IMG/VR virus record: IMGVR_UViG_3300043444_000196
Location: 3,499 to 67,498 of that record
Length of the DNA: 64,000 nt
Strand: one strand, 5' to 3'
Source of the DNA: a virus
The position numbers and the translations under genes were made by a program. Positions 54,679-64,000 of this stretch are shown here, in pieces; position 1 is the first letter of the stretch, and each line of letters begins with the position of its first letter. The notes beneath the pieces are model-generated. The model saw only the letters and a list, made by a program, of their open reading frames with translations. It was not told the origin of the DNA and did not search any database.

Positions 54679-55257
54679 TTAAACACCAGTGGTGTTGTTG
54701 TACGCGTGAGTGTTGATCTTGACGATCATCTCAACGTAGGTGGTGGACGAAGTGGCTGTTTCAGGAACCACGTCAATAATGCGGATGGGCAAAGTTGCAG
54801 TGGTAGCTGTGGTGTCGTCGATAGCCTGAGCGGAATCGCCAGTGGTGGCGCTACCAGAGTTCAGGACAACAGACGTGTTCTGGCCAACAGCGGCGCGGGT
54901 CAGGGTACCCATGGTGGTGCCAGAAGACACAACAGCCACTTTGAACAGGGCAGTTGGATCATCGACAACGTAAGCCACAGCATTGGTCACGCCAGAGGCG
55001 GGAGCGTACTGAGCTTGAACGGTTTGGCCAGACGAGTTGGTGTACTGAACGCCAACGCACACGCCCAAAGCTTGGGGAGCGGCGGAACCGTCAGCAACAA
55101 CTGCGCACTTACCAGATGCCAGCAACTCAACGAGATCGCCGTCATACATTGCGCCCGAATCAATCGGGACGAGACGAGTGGACCCAGCGTACGGATTGCC
55201 GCCAATGCGATTGACAGGCTGGAAACCGTAAGGGGCCGAAACGGTGGGGTATGCCAT
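54679..55257 (-). CDS. Capsid decoration/cement-like protein
   Basis: PYGFQPV, GDLV, VVDDP; adjacent to the capsid gene. Confidence 0.65.
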   Translation of the reverse strand: MAYPTVSAPYGFQPVNRIGGNPYAGSTRLVPIDSGAMYDGDLVELLASGKCAVVADGSAAPQALGVCVGVQYTNSSGQTVQAQYAPASGVTNAVAYVVDDPTALFKVAVVSSGTTMGTLTRAAVGQNTSVVLNSGSATTGDSAQAIDDTTATTATLPIRIIDVVPETATSSTTYVEMIVKINTHAYNNTTGV

Positions 55258-55277
55258 GTTTGGACTCCAAAAAAGTG

Positions 55278-55742
55278 TTAAATACCTTTACCGAAGGTAA
55301 CAGTCGACTTGCGCTCCTTGAACAGAGGCATTCGAGCATCACCCTCGCGCATGAAGCTGTTGTCCACGGACTGCATTTGCGTCTCGGTTTGATTGCCGTA
55401 ATACGAATTGCGTTGGTCCACGAACTCAGCGGGTGTTTTGCAGAGCATCAGGCCGCCCACAATCACCGCGTCAGGGAAACGAGTGTCGTTTTCACCGAAC
55501 AAACGGATTTCGGGGTGGTCAGCTGCCTTGACAGGCTCCCAACCTTCGCGGAGTTTTCCGGAAATGTTACGAGGATCAGCTTGGTTCATCGTGCTAATGC
55601 GAATCCAGCGGTACGCGTAGCCTGCCTCCGGAGTGGGGTCAGGCAGAAGCTGGGGTGGCGCCCAAGACTTGGGGCGCTCGGCAGATTCACGAGTTTTCAG
55701 TGCACGGGGTGCACGGGTGTTTTCCATCTGTTCCATGTTCAT
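55278..55742 (-). CDS. Head-assembly cluster protein
   Basis: YRWIR, REGWEPV, GGLMLC. Confidence 0.7.
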   Translation of the reverse strand: MNMEQMENTRAPRALKTRESAERPKSWAPPQLLPDPTPEAGYAYRWIRISTMNQADPRNISGKLREGWEPVKAADHPEIRLFGENDTRFPDAVIVGGLMLCKTPAEFVDQRNSYYGNQTETQMQSVDNSFMREGDARMPLFKERKSTVTFGKGI

Positions 55743-56728
55743 TTCCTCATTTCTTCCGCTACCTTACGGGCGTAGAGTTCCAAAGGAACCCCAAGCTTTC
55801 GGGCGATTTCGACCTGTGACTTCGTCAGCACGATTTTCTTGGGCGCTGTGCTGCGGGTCGCGGGTGCGACGACGTTCGACTTTTTCGGAGGAGTAGGCGC
55901 GTCCTCTTGTTTCTCGACCTTCCCGGACTCGAACACATCGGGGAAGCGAGTCCGCATTTCCGTGTCGATCGCTTTGTAGTAATCGTCACTTCCAGCGGTA
56001 TGTCCTTGCTCAACCAGTTCGGAATGGAAGCCAAGGGCGTAGGCTGTCATCCGTTTGTTCGATCCCCACCACGGATTGCGGTCTTGCCACGCGCGCAGTT
56101 TAGGATCGACTTGAACCTGTTGAGGTTGTGATGCGGGTTGTACCGCAGTTTCCGGCTCCTGTAAAGAGGTCGGCTTGAAATTATTTACGCGGTCGATTTT
56201 CATCTTGGCCGCAGTAAGTGCCTCTTGCGCTGTCACCAGAGCATCGGAGTCGCCAGCTTCGTACGCTGCTTTGTAGGCAGCACGGGCTTTTTCGACCTCG
56301 TTCTCGGCGACCAGTTTGGCCTGCTCGATGAAGGCAGTTTGACCTTCGGACAGAGTCCCCTTGAGCTTTTTGTTCTCTTCGACCAGCTGCTGGGCCAGAC
56401 GCAGAGCCTCCTCACGCTCGCGCAGCGCAGTTTCCTTGGCGCGTCGCTCGTCGTGGTAGCCTTTCTGGACCTGCTTGATGCGGGACTGCACGCTCACGTC
56501 GTACTTGGTCAGGTCATCATCGGTCAGATCAGCCGGTGGGGGCGTCTTCATCGGCTCACGGCCACGGTCTTTTTCGGGGGTATCGTCGACGATTTCGATC
56601 TCAGGCTTGTCGTCTGCGACGATCTCGACGTTGTCCTCTTCGGGAGTGACCACGGCCCCACCCTTGCGGGCGTTTTCCTTGGCTTCCTTCTCGTCGGGGA
56701 ACTCGAACTCAACTTGTTCCAGTGCCAT
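55739..56728 (-). CDS. Scaffolding protein
   Basis: Acidic coiled coil; C-terminal IARKLGVPLELYA. Confidence 0.75.
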   Translation of the reverse strand: MALEQVEFEFPDEKEAKENARKGGAVVTPEEDNVEIVADDKPEIEIVDDTPEKDRGREPMKTPPPADLTDDDLTKYDVSVQSRIKQVQKGYHDERRAKETALREREEALRLAQQLVEENKKLKGTLSEGQTAFIEQAKLVAENEVEKARAAYKAAYEAGDSDALVTAQEALTAAKMKIDRVNNFKPTSLQEPETAVQPASQPQQVQVDPKLRAWQDRNPWWGSNKRMTAYALGFHSELVEQGHTAGSDDYYKAIDTEMRTRFPDVFESGKVEKQEDAPTPPKKSNVVAPATRSTAPKKIVLTKSQVEIARKLGVPLELYARKVAEEMRK

Positions 56729-56739
56729 GATGCGCCTCC

Positions 56740-57144
56740 TTATGATGCGCGCGTGATGCCACGCGGGTCTTGTACAACAGCTTCCACGGAGTCGTCATTG
56801 ATGATGCGGAACTCTTTGCCGTGGATTTTGATGCGCGTACCGGTGTTCGGTCGCACCAAGACGAAGTCACCTACCTTACAGCTAGGGCCGTTGGGGAAGC
56901 GCTTTTCGTCCTTGTAAGCGTCCGGCCCGACTTTCACGACGAACAATACAGGCGACAGCAGCTCTTCAAAGTGCATGGTTTGGCCGGCTTTCACCAGACC
57001 AGAATCGCCGTAGGCTTCGTCAATCTCCGGGAGAACGCACAGGAGGTGGTAGGTCACAGGATCGGGAATCTGCTTGGCCTTCTCCTCAACGGGTTTGTTG
57101 AGGATGCCAGACAGGTCCACTGCCTGCGTATCAAAGGGAGTCAT
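56740..57144 (-). CDS. groES: Co-chaperonin GroES-like protein
   Basis: VVKVGP, KVGDFVL, GTRIKIHGKEFRIINDD. Confidence 0.8.
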   Translation of the reverse strand: MTPFDTQAVDLSGILNKPVEEKAKQIPDPVTYHLLCVLPEIDEAYGDSGLVKAGQTMHFEELLSPVLFVVKVGPDAYKDEKRFPNGPSCKVGDFVLVRPNTGTRIKIHGKEFRIINDDSVEAVVQDPRGITRAS

Positions 57145-57331
57145 CGTAGTCCTTTACTTTTCGCAAGAGGTCGTTTATTTCGCGCTGTGCGGTCAACAGA
57201 CCCCGGATAACGCCGCACAGGTTCTGGTACTCGGCGTAGTCTTTCGCTGCGCCGGCTCCCAAACTCTCTTGAATTACTTTGATCTCGTCGCCGTACTTGG
57301 TGTTCAAGTACTCAAGAATTTGTGTGTCCAT
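57131..57331 (-). CDS. Small protein downstream of the portal
   Basis: YAEYQNLCGVIRGL. Confidence 0.7.
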   Translation of the reverse strand: MDTQILEYLNTKYGDEIKVIQESLGAGAAKDYAEYQNLCGVIRGLLTAQREINDLLRKVKDYDDSL

Positions 57332-59787
57332 CACTCACCCTTTTTCGGTTGGGGTTTGTTCTGCGACTGCAGGCGGGCCTTGGCGAGGTCGGCGCCGATG
57401 CGCACACCTTCGCGTTCTTGCTCCGCAGCCAGTCGCGCACGGTCCAGACGGTCGGTCTGCCCGGCCTTGAACCCTTCGAGCTGGTATTTGGCCTGCAGCT
57501 CCTCTTCCTTGAGACGAATCTCGTCGGCTTTGGCAGCGGCGTCCATGGACACCTTCTTGTCCTTGATTGCCACCTCTTGGGCTTTGATCTCTAGCTCTTT
57601 CTGCTGCATCTGCAGGACCGGGTCTTGTGCCATCTGCTGGGCCTGCTCCTGAGCGGCCTTGGCTTGGTTCTGCGCGAGCACTTGCTGCGCGGCTTGGGCC
57701 ATCATGGTCGACAGTGCCAGCTCCACCTGCGGCGGCAGCTCGTCTTTCTCCGGGGGCAGCGTGATACCGAGCTGCTGCTCAATGCGCTGGCGGTACGCGT
57801 AGCCAGTGTGCTGCGCGATGTGGGCCATCATGGCCGCCTGCATGGCTTGCGCCTGCGGGTTCTGGCCAATCAGCTTCATGATCTCTGGGTCCTGCATGGC
57901 AGCCATGTGCACTTGGATGTGCGCGGCGTGGTCCTGATACACGAACGCCTTGACCGGGCTCATGTTCAGGATGTCCATGTTCTCAGACACCGGGTCCTTG
58001 GGTTTGAGGTCATCTTCAACCGGCACGAGCTTGTCGGCGTTCTTGACGCCCAGCACTTCAATCATCTGGCGGTGCAACTGTGGCAGGTCGTAAATCTGGG
58101 GCGCAGACTGGGACAGCTGGATCACAGCTTGGTACTGCATGATCCGCTGGGCCATGGTCGAGCTGTTGGGGTCGGACACGGGGATCACGTCCACCATGTC
58201 GTAGTCCTGCTTGAGGGCCATGCGGCTGCCAGCCACCGGCTGGAACGGGTACTTCTCGGGAGCGTGGTCGCGGATGATCCCCTTGAGCAGCTTGAACTCC
58301 TGCTTCATCGAGTAGTGCACCCGGGCCTGAACGGCGCTCATGGTCTTGAGCTGTCGCTCCAACAGAGCCAGCGTGGTACCTACCGGAGCATTCGCACCCA
58401 TGTCGCTGACCTGCATGTCGGCGATCGAGCCCAGACGGCGCGCTTCGTTCGTGATCCGGTCGAGCAGCGCGGCCAACACTTGGCTTGGCTCTTTGTAGGG
58501 CAGCGGCATGATGTTGTCGCGCACAGTGCCACTGGCCACGTCCACATCACGGAACTCACCGGGGGCGATCGGGGTGTCGTCACCCTTGATGCGCAGGCCG
58601 CGGGCCTTCAAGCCACCGGGCAAGTTGCTCAGCGTACCAGCGTCCACCAGCTGGCGGATCAGGGCGGTACCCGCACGGGCGTAGCCCCCGATCAGGTGGA
58701 TGTAGCCGATGCCGTAGGCGCCAAAGCCAGTGATGTAGTCATACTGTACGAAGTGATCGCGTTTGATGTGCGTGGGGTCCGGCTCTTCCCAGTTGCGGTA
58801 GATGGCCAACACCTTGTTCGTGCCACGGTCGATCGTCATTACATAGGGCAGCGCCAGACCGTCTGGGTCCTCAAACCCGGGCAGGTCGTACTCGACGTGC
58901 GTCTCAAACAGCTGGAAGCGGTTGTCCTCAGTCAGGGTGTAGCCTTGGTCTTCGGCTTTTTTCTTCTCGATGTCGCTGTGGAACGACACTGGCTCGCCGA
59001 GGTCCACGTCGCGGTAGAACCCAGCCACCTGCAGACGCTTGAGGTCATTCTCGCTCTTGCGCAAGATGTGGGTGGCACGCTCTGCGTCGCGTACACCACT
59101 GCAGCCCCACGGCAGGATGATGTCTTCTACCGGGATGAACATGGAGACCTGACGGTCTTTGGCGGTGTCGAAGTACACCTTCTTGAACGCGCAGCCGGCC
59201 AAGCCCAAGTTGAACAGCATGCGCTCATGTTCCGTGCGGTACTCGGGCATCTGCTCAGTCAGGCGCCAGTTCATGTCATCACGGACACGCTCCGCCGCTT
59301 CTTCTTTGAGGCGATCAATAGCGCCAACGATTTCGGTTTTGACCGGGCCAGCAGCCGGGAAAGTCTCAATAATCGTTTCGCTCTGAAACCGGACAGCGGC
59401 TTCGGTGAGGAGGGTACTAAACACTCCGCAAGCTCCATCCCAAGGTTCAGTGCGCTCTTCGTAGCGCATCCCGAGGACTTCCAGACCTTTGACATACGTT
59501 TCTACCCACTCTTTGCGTGACGCGATGTCGGACTCGATGAGCTCGACCAGATCACCGGCGATCTTCTGCAGCTCGCCTTCGTCCATGAAATCTGCCAAGT
59601 TGGCATCGAACGGGATGTCCCCGGGGCCGGGCGCAGCCGGAGTCAGTTCAATCTCCAAGCCGTCCATGCCGATCTTGACGCCCTCGGGGTCTTCGATTTC
59701 GATCTCAAGCGCAGGGGAGGCGCCTTCCTCCAGCTCTGCTACATCCAACCCTGCGGGGGCGCCGCCAATACCGGGAACCATGTTCAT
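57331..59787 (-). CDS. Portal protein (P22-like)
   Basis: 818 aa after terminase; FKKVYFD, QLVDAGTL.N, Gln-rich C-terminal barrel. Confidence 0.88.
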   Translation of the reverse strand: MNMVPGIGGAPAGLDVAELEEGASPALEIEIEDPEGVKIGMDGLEIELTPAAPGPGDIPFDANLADFMDEGELQKIAGDLVELIESDIASRKEWVETYVKGLEVLGMRYEERTEPWDGACGVFSTLLTEAAVRFQSETIIETFPAAGPVKTEIVGAIDRLKEEAAERVRDDMNWRLTEQMPEYRTEHERMLFNLGLAGCAFKKVYFDTAKDRQVSMFIPVEDIILPWGCSGVRDAERATHILRKSENDLKRLQVAGFYRDVDLGEPVSFHSDIEKKKAEDQGYTLTEDNRFQLFETHVEYDLPGFEDPDGLALPYVMTIDRGTNKVLAIYRNWEEPDPTHIKRDHFVQYDYITGFGAYGIGYIHLIGGYARAGTALIRQLVDAGTLSNLPGGLKARGLRIKGDDTPIAPGEFRDVDVASGTVRDNIMPLPYKEPSQVLAALLDRITNEARRLGSIADMQVSDMGANAPVGTTLALLERQLKTMSAVQARVHYSMKQEFKLLKGIIRDHAPEKYPFQPVAGSRMALKQDYDMVDVIPVSDPNSSTMAQRIMQYQAVIQLSQSAPQIYDLPQLHRQMIEVLGVKNADKLVPVEDDLKPKDPVSENMDILNMSPVKAFVYQDHAAHIQVHMAAMQDPEIMKLIGQNPQAQAMQAAMMAHIAQHTGYAYRQRIEQQLGITLPPEKDELPPQVELALSTMMAQAAQQVLAQNQAKAAQEQAQQMAQDPVLQMQQKELEIKAQEVAIKDKKVSMDAAAKADEIRLKEEELQAKYQLEGFKAGQTDRLDRARLAAEQEREGVRIGADLAKARLQSQNKPQPKKGE

Positions 59788-59801
59788 ATCGAGTCCTTAG
59801 A

Positions 59802-61340
59802 TCAGTAATATGCCCCGCGACGGGACTTCACGAAGACCTCATTATCTTCCTTGTCCGTGTGTAGGCGCAACAAGCCGCCTTTGCGCACACGCGCCAGTGC
59901 CAATGTCATGGCGTCAACCTCGTCGTCGTGCTCGCCCGCCGGGAAGGCCAAAATCTCCTCCACCGTCTGGGACGCCCATGCCGTTTCCGGGAACCAAACC
60001 TGCCCCGAGGCGAACATATCGGCCACGGCGTTCAGACGCGCAATCTTGTCTTGGCCCTTGCCCGGGCTGAAGTCCTGCACAAATATGCCGCTGCGGCGCA
60101 TCTCGTCAATCAGCGGCTGGCCAGACGCCTTGGCTTCCACCACAACGCTGTCGGGTTCCCAGTCTTCGTACTGTTCGTGGGCCATCTTCTTGAGCTCCGG
60201 GAACTCGTACTTGCCCTTGACCTTGTTGAGCAGGATCACGTTGGTGGAGTTGTTGTCCTCCTCGTTGACCCACACACCCCACGTATGGCACACAGAAAAG
60301 TCCGAGCGCTCCTTGGTCGTGAGCGCCGTATCGTAGGCCTGCACAATAAAGTCGCACTGCGGGGGCGTCTCGTGCGGCCACCACCTGATCCAGTCACGCT
60401 TGATGATGGCGGCTTCGGCAGCCGTGGGGTTCTGCTGGTACTGGGCATACCACTGCCACATGATGTGGTGCATCGACGCCCGAGTTTTCTGCAGGGCCTC
60501 CAGCGTCCACTGCTCGGGCCAGATCGACTTCTCGTTTTCCGTGCCCTCGTTCAAGATGGCCGGGAACTCAAACGCCTCGTACTTGTCGCCGCCCTCGTTT
60601 TGCGCAGAATCCTTGAGCAGCCGGCCAATCAAGTCCCGCTGGTGCCACCGGGTGTGTAATACGCATATCTTGCCTTGCGGCATCAGACGAGTGCGCAGAC
60701 CGGCACTGAACCATTCGTATGTAGTATCCAGTGAGCTGGTGTTGCCCGCCTTGATGTCCTGTTCGGACAGCGGATCGTCTGCAATGATGAGGTGTGCACC
60801 CCGTCCGGCCAGCGCGCCGCCCACACCGATCGCGAAATACTCACCGCCTTGGGTCGTGTTCCACTGGGCAGCCGCCTTGGCATCGCTTGCAATCTTGGTC
60901 TGGGGGAAAATCCGGGCGTACTCGGCACTGGCAATCAGGTTTCGCACCTTACGGGCCATGACAACGGCCAAGTCTGCCGTGTGGGAGGCCACAATCACCT
61001 TGTGATCCGGGTGCCGGCCAAGATACCACGCCGGGTAGTATATGGAAATCATCTGGGATTTGCCCATACGAGGCGCCATGGAGACAGCAATCCGGTCTTT
61101 GGTGCCGTCTTCCACGTCCATCAGCAGATTTCCCAGCCTGCGCAGGTGCAACCCGAACTTGTAGTTGCGATCCACGGCCGCAATGAACGCCAAGAAGTCG
61201 TCTTGAGCTGCTTTTACGATTTTTCGCTCTTCGAGCTCGTCCATCATGGCCAAAAGCTCCGCCGCCTCGTTGTGCGGGAGGCTTTTTATGACCTTTTCCA
61301 TCAACTCGGGGGTCAGACTGGTCTCACTTAGCAGGGCCAT
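59802..61340 (-). CDS. terL: Terminase large subunit
   Basis: PRMGKS, IIADDP, TRWH..DL, YQQNP, YDTA, VEAKASG, HDDEVDA. Confidence 0.93.
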   Translation of the reverse strand: MALLSETSLTPELMEKVIKSLPHNEAAELLAMMDELEERKIVKAAQDDFLAFIAAVDRNYKFGLHLRRLGNLLMDVEDGTKDRIAVSMAPRMGKSQMISIYYPAWYLGRHPDHKVIVASHTADLAVVMARKVRNLIASAEYARIFPQTKIASDAKAAAQWNTTQGGEYFAIGVGGALAGRGAHLIIADDPLSEQDIKAGNTSSLDTTYEWFSAGLRTRLMPQGKICVLHTRWHQRDLIGRLLKDSAQNEGGDKYEAFEFPAILNEGTENEKSIWPEQWTLEALQKTRASMHHIMWQWYAQYQQNPTAAEAAIIKRDWIRWWPHETPPQCDFIVQAYDTALTTKERSDFSVCHTWGVWVNEEDNNSTNVILLNKVKGKYEFPELKKMAHEQYEDWEPDSVVVEAKASGQPLIDEMRRSGIFVQDFSPGKGQDKIARLNAVADMFASGQVWFPETAWASQTVEEILAFPAGEHDDEVDAMTLALARVRKGGLLRLHTDKEDNEVFVKSRRGAYY

Positions 61341-61893
61341 CGTCCGTTTCCAGCTCTGTGAAGTCGATTGGCGCAGCTTTTTGGGTCTCTGCAGGGGCTG
61401 GCGTGGTGACTTCAGCCTCAATAACTCGTGTCAGACGCTCGCGCAGCAACTGTTCGAGCTCTTCCGTCGGCCTGTGGCGCATCGTGATCTCGGTTTTGTC
61501 CGTGAACAGCCCCACATCAGAGACTTTACCCAGCATTTCCAGTGCTTTGAGGCGCACCCGGGGGTCCGGACTGTCGGTTTCGAGGATCAACCGGTTGGTA
61601 ATGTAGGTCCGCAGCTGTGCAGCAGACTTCACCACGGTCCTGTCGTACTCTGTGAGCAGGGCGCCAATGTGCGCAATCACCCCGGGGCGAGATAGGTCTT
61701 CATCTGAAGCCAGCCGATCACCTGAAAACACTGAACGTGACAGCGCCTGATCCATCTGGTCGATGGCATCGGGGAAGGAATCTGTGTCCGTGAGTGTGGC
61801 AAGTGCAGCAGCCACCCGATCCTCAAGGGACTCGAAGGTAGGGCTGTAGTCCGCAAGCGGGACGTCGTAATCAACAGTGATCTGGTATGCCAT
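61324..61893 (-). CDS. Putative terminase small subunit
   Basis: Directly upstream of terL; RLKALEMLGK. Confidence 0.6.
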   Translation of the reverse strand: MAYQITVDYDVPLADYSPTFESLEDRVAAALATLTDTDSFPDAIDQMDQALSRSVFSGDRLASDEDLSRPGVIAHIGALLTEYDRTVVKSAAQLRTYITNRLILETDSPDPRVRLKALEMLGKVSDVGLFTDKTEITMRHRPTEELEQLLRERLTRVIEAEVTTPAPAETQKAAPIDFTELETDDGPAK

Positions 61894-62015
61894 GGAGGGA
61901 AGCGCACTCCTGAATTTGGTGTTGGGGCTGCGGGTTCCGCACCTCGGGATTTAATTACGCGCTACCCGGGATGGGTAGCGGCCCAAGCAGCTATCTGCAT
62001 TCCCAACGTGACTGC

Positions 62016-62045
62016 ATTGTATATGTAATTTTTTCGCAGGGGCAA
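62016..62045 (-). promoter_or_regulatory. Candidate promoter for the packaging/late arm
   Basis: TTGCCC-N18-TACAAT. Confidence 0.45.
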
Positions 62046-62339
62046 ATTTTTTGCACCGGGGGGTGTTCCTATATCGAGGGGGTGGGGGTCGGGTATAGGG
62101 AAATTTGGGAGTTTATGTTGGCGCGATAACTTTGCACGTGTACGTTTTCGGGGGTTTTTTGGACATGTTGTGATTTTTTGGTTTGTATTGAATTTTTCAG
62201 TATGTGTATTATTTTTGAGGTGGGGTGGTGTTGGAGGATTCAACACTCAGAGTAAAGCGGGCGCGGAGGGACCCGTTCAGAAAAGGCTGGGTGGGGGTAC
62301 GGTGGGGTCGCGGGGTCTACGATTAGACCTAATCAGGGG

Positions 62340-62368
62340 TTGACAATCGCGCCGGTTTATGATGTAAT
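62340..62368 (+). promoter_or_regulatory. Strong sigma70 early promoter
   Basis: TTGACA-N17-TGTAAT. Confidence 0.8.
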
Positions 62369-62417
62369 ACAAATACCCGATCAATTCCGGTCGGGCTTAA
62401 CCTTCAAGGAAAACATC

Positions 62418-62945
62418 ATGAAAGCAAACATTACCCCCGTGTCTTTTGATTCCCATGCTCGCGCCATTATCGGCGGATACAAGGCCTTCGATGCTGCCAG
62501 CGGCAAACTGACGGCCACGGTTAACCGTGAGATGCAAGGCCACATCGACGCGTGGTTTATTGCAAACGGCAAGGACGAGGCCAGCGTCAAGGCGTTGGGC
62601 GCGTCAATCCGTGATTCTCAGGTCGTGCTGGATATCGTCGCCACTGGCGCCATGGAAAAGAAAACGTTCACCGAATACGCGCAAAGCGCCATGCGTGCCT
62701 TGCATTATGGCGTGCCGTTCACTGCCGATCTTAAGAATGACCCAGAGATGGGCCTCCCATGGGGCAAGGCCGGCAAGGGCGGCGCGGCCAAGTCTGGCAA
62801 GGTTTCCAGTACATCCCGGGATGACCTGGACAAAACCATAACCAAAGCGATCGAGCAGGCGCGCATGCTGGGCCTGCTGGAATTTGCTGCCGATCTGGTT
62901 GACCTTGCCACGGATTCGCTGGACGGTTTCACCGAAACCAAATAA
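62418..62945 (+). CDS. Stand-alone early protein, function unknown (175 aa)
   Basis: AAGGA RBS; own promoter and terminator. Confidence 0.85.
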   Translation: MKANITPVSFDSHARAIIGGYKAFDAASGKLTATVNREMQGHIDAWFIANGKDEASVKALGASIRDSQVVLDIVATGAMEKKTFTEYAQSAMRALHYGVPFTADLKNDPEMGLPWGKAGKGGAAKSGKVSSTSRDDLDKTITKAIEQARMLGLLEFAADLVDLATDSLDGFTETK

Positions 62946-62993
62946 ACCGGGGGGCCTTGGCCCCCTTCTACGCTTAGACGTTTGTCAATCCCC

Positions 62994-63020
62994 AGCCCGG
63001 CCAGCGTGCCGGGCTTTTTT
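62994..63020 (+). terminator. Intrinsic terminator
   Basis: AGCCCGGC-CAGCGT-GCCGGGCT then TTTTT. Confidence 0.8.
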
Positions 63021-63161
63021 ACGCCCATGCTTTTCTACCCTGCGTCATCACGGCGCGGGGGCCGTGATAGTAGCTCGACCGTACGGGAGAGTGAGTTGGT
63101 GAGCGCGCCCGTACGCGAGGGAGGGGCGGCAGCGTCTAAGCTTAGATGCCACGCGCGCGGA

Positions 63162-63585
63162 GGTTGTAACGCATGTAACGCAAATCAGGGGGTTGTAACG
63201 GAAATTGCAGGCGCGAGCGTTACATCAACTCGTAATACAACTAACTCGAAAAAACCGTTACGAATCAACAACTTACATAAATAAATAAAAAAAAAAAAAA
63301 AAAAAATATATATATATAGAGGGTTGTAACGCATGTAACGCAGAAAATTAAGCGAGCGTCAAAATTCTCCATCTAAGCTTAGACCCCTCCTCCCCCCTAT
63401 GTGTTCTGAGTGGGGGGAGGGAGGAGGGGGGTCATACTTTACCTTGTGTTTTTCCGTACGAGCCCTTCCGCGGCTGTTACACCGTTACATCACCCAAAAA
63501 TCCCTCCACAACCCGCATGGTTAAGCCATTCCTCATGTAACACTGTCCAGTGTTACAACCTACCCCCTTTTCGTTACATGTTACA
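63162..63585. other. Origin-like locus: TGTAAC/GTTACA iterons around an A20-(TA)6 tract
   Basis: 12 hexamer copies; 21-bp repeat at 63162 and 63322; AT core 63278-63318. Confidence 0.65.
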
Positions 63586-63679
63586 TCAAACCTCGGGTAA
63601 ACCCCTAGAATCTAAGCTTAGACGACCCTTTTGTGTTGTGGTAGCATACGTACTCCTACAACCTTTACTCACCCTCACC

Positions 63680-64000
63680 ATGGAAATCACCCTAGACCTC
63701 CCCCCCTCCCTCACTGCCCGCTTTGCAGCCCTCGGCTACCCCGACCCCCTTGATGGTTTGCAAGACGCGGCCAAGCTTTTGCTGGGTTTAGGCCCTGATG
63801 CGTGGGCTACTATCACTGCGTCGGCTGAGGCCTTGGGAACCACCCCGGCCAAATACATCTTAGCCAAACTCAGCGAAACCCCTGCCGCACAGCCCGAAGC
63901 CCCAGCCAAGGCCCCCAAAAAGCGCCAATCCAACGAGGCTCGCGACGCCCAGATCGCGGGCGAATACTTTGCAGGGACGGTCACCTACCCCGTTCTGGCA
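63680..64000 (+). CDS. Putative DNA-binding protein, truncated by the window end
   Basis: 107 open codons: MEITLDLPPSL...RDAQIAGEYFAGTVTYPVLA, which reads like the start of an HTH. Confidence 0.55.
   Translation, partial: MEITLDLPPSLTARFAALGYPDPLDGLQDAAKLLLGLGPDAWATITASAEALGTTPAKYILAKLSETPAAQPEAPAKAPKKRQSNEARDAQIAGEYFAGTVTYPVLA

Larger units (their letters stand above)
62316..63622. repeat. Cluster of TCTAAnnTTAGA palindromes
   Basis: Exact TCTAAGCTTAGA at 63135, 63372, 63611; TCTACGATTAGA at 62316; TCTACGCTTAGA at 62967. Confidence 0.95.
1..64000. mobile_element. Tailed phage genome, podovirus-like, probably circularly permuted and nearly complete
   Basis: Terminase, portal, capsid, fibres, endolysin, DNA polymerase and primase-helicase are all present; no host housekeeping genes; an ORF is cut at the right edge. 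Confidence 0.97.

Noticed and set aside
62982-63284. 100-aa ORF across the iteron region
   Set aside because: TTG start, no RBS, runs through a terminator and repeats

Overview
The window is a near-complete genome of a tailed dsDNA phage with a podovirus-type layout (P22-like portal, internal ejection proteins, no tape measure or sheath gene seen). The host is probably proteobacterial (inference only). Two gene arms converge at about 25.1 kb. The + arm (62.3 kb to the window end, then 1-25.1 kb) holds many small early genes, a MoxR-like AAA+ ATPase, a metallopeptidase-vWA protein, a DUF3150-like protein, VRR-NUC, family A DNA polymerase, a PD-(D/E)XK nuclease, SNF2 helicase, SSB-like protein and a primase-helicase. 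The - arm (61.9-25.1 kb) holds terminase, portal, GroES, scaffold, capsid, adaptors, fibres, lysis and ejection genes. I saw no integrase, tRNA, CRISPR array or reverse transcriptase. The most striking unexplained signal is a 12-bp palindrome, TCTAAnnTTAGA, with 12 exact and 3 single-mismatch copies. All lie in the early arm, several sit inside ORFs, and their density falls with distance from the first early promoter. Other notable items are an iteron/A-tract origin-like locus, a pseudoknotted 5'-UTR RNA downstream of the capsid gene, a gene overprinted inside the 2007-aa ejection protein, two fibres sharing a 256-bp tip, RBS-hiding hairpins at both homing endonucleases, and a shared AxGG motif across virion proteins. 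All family assignments are from motif recognition by eye; no database search was run.
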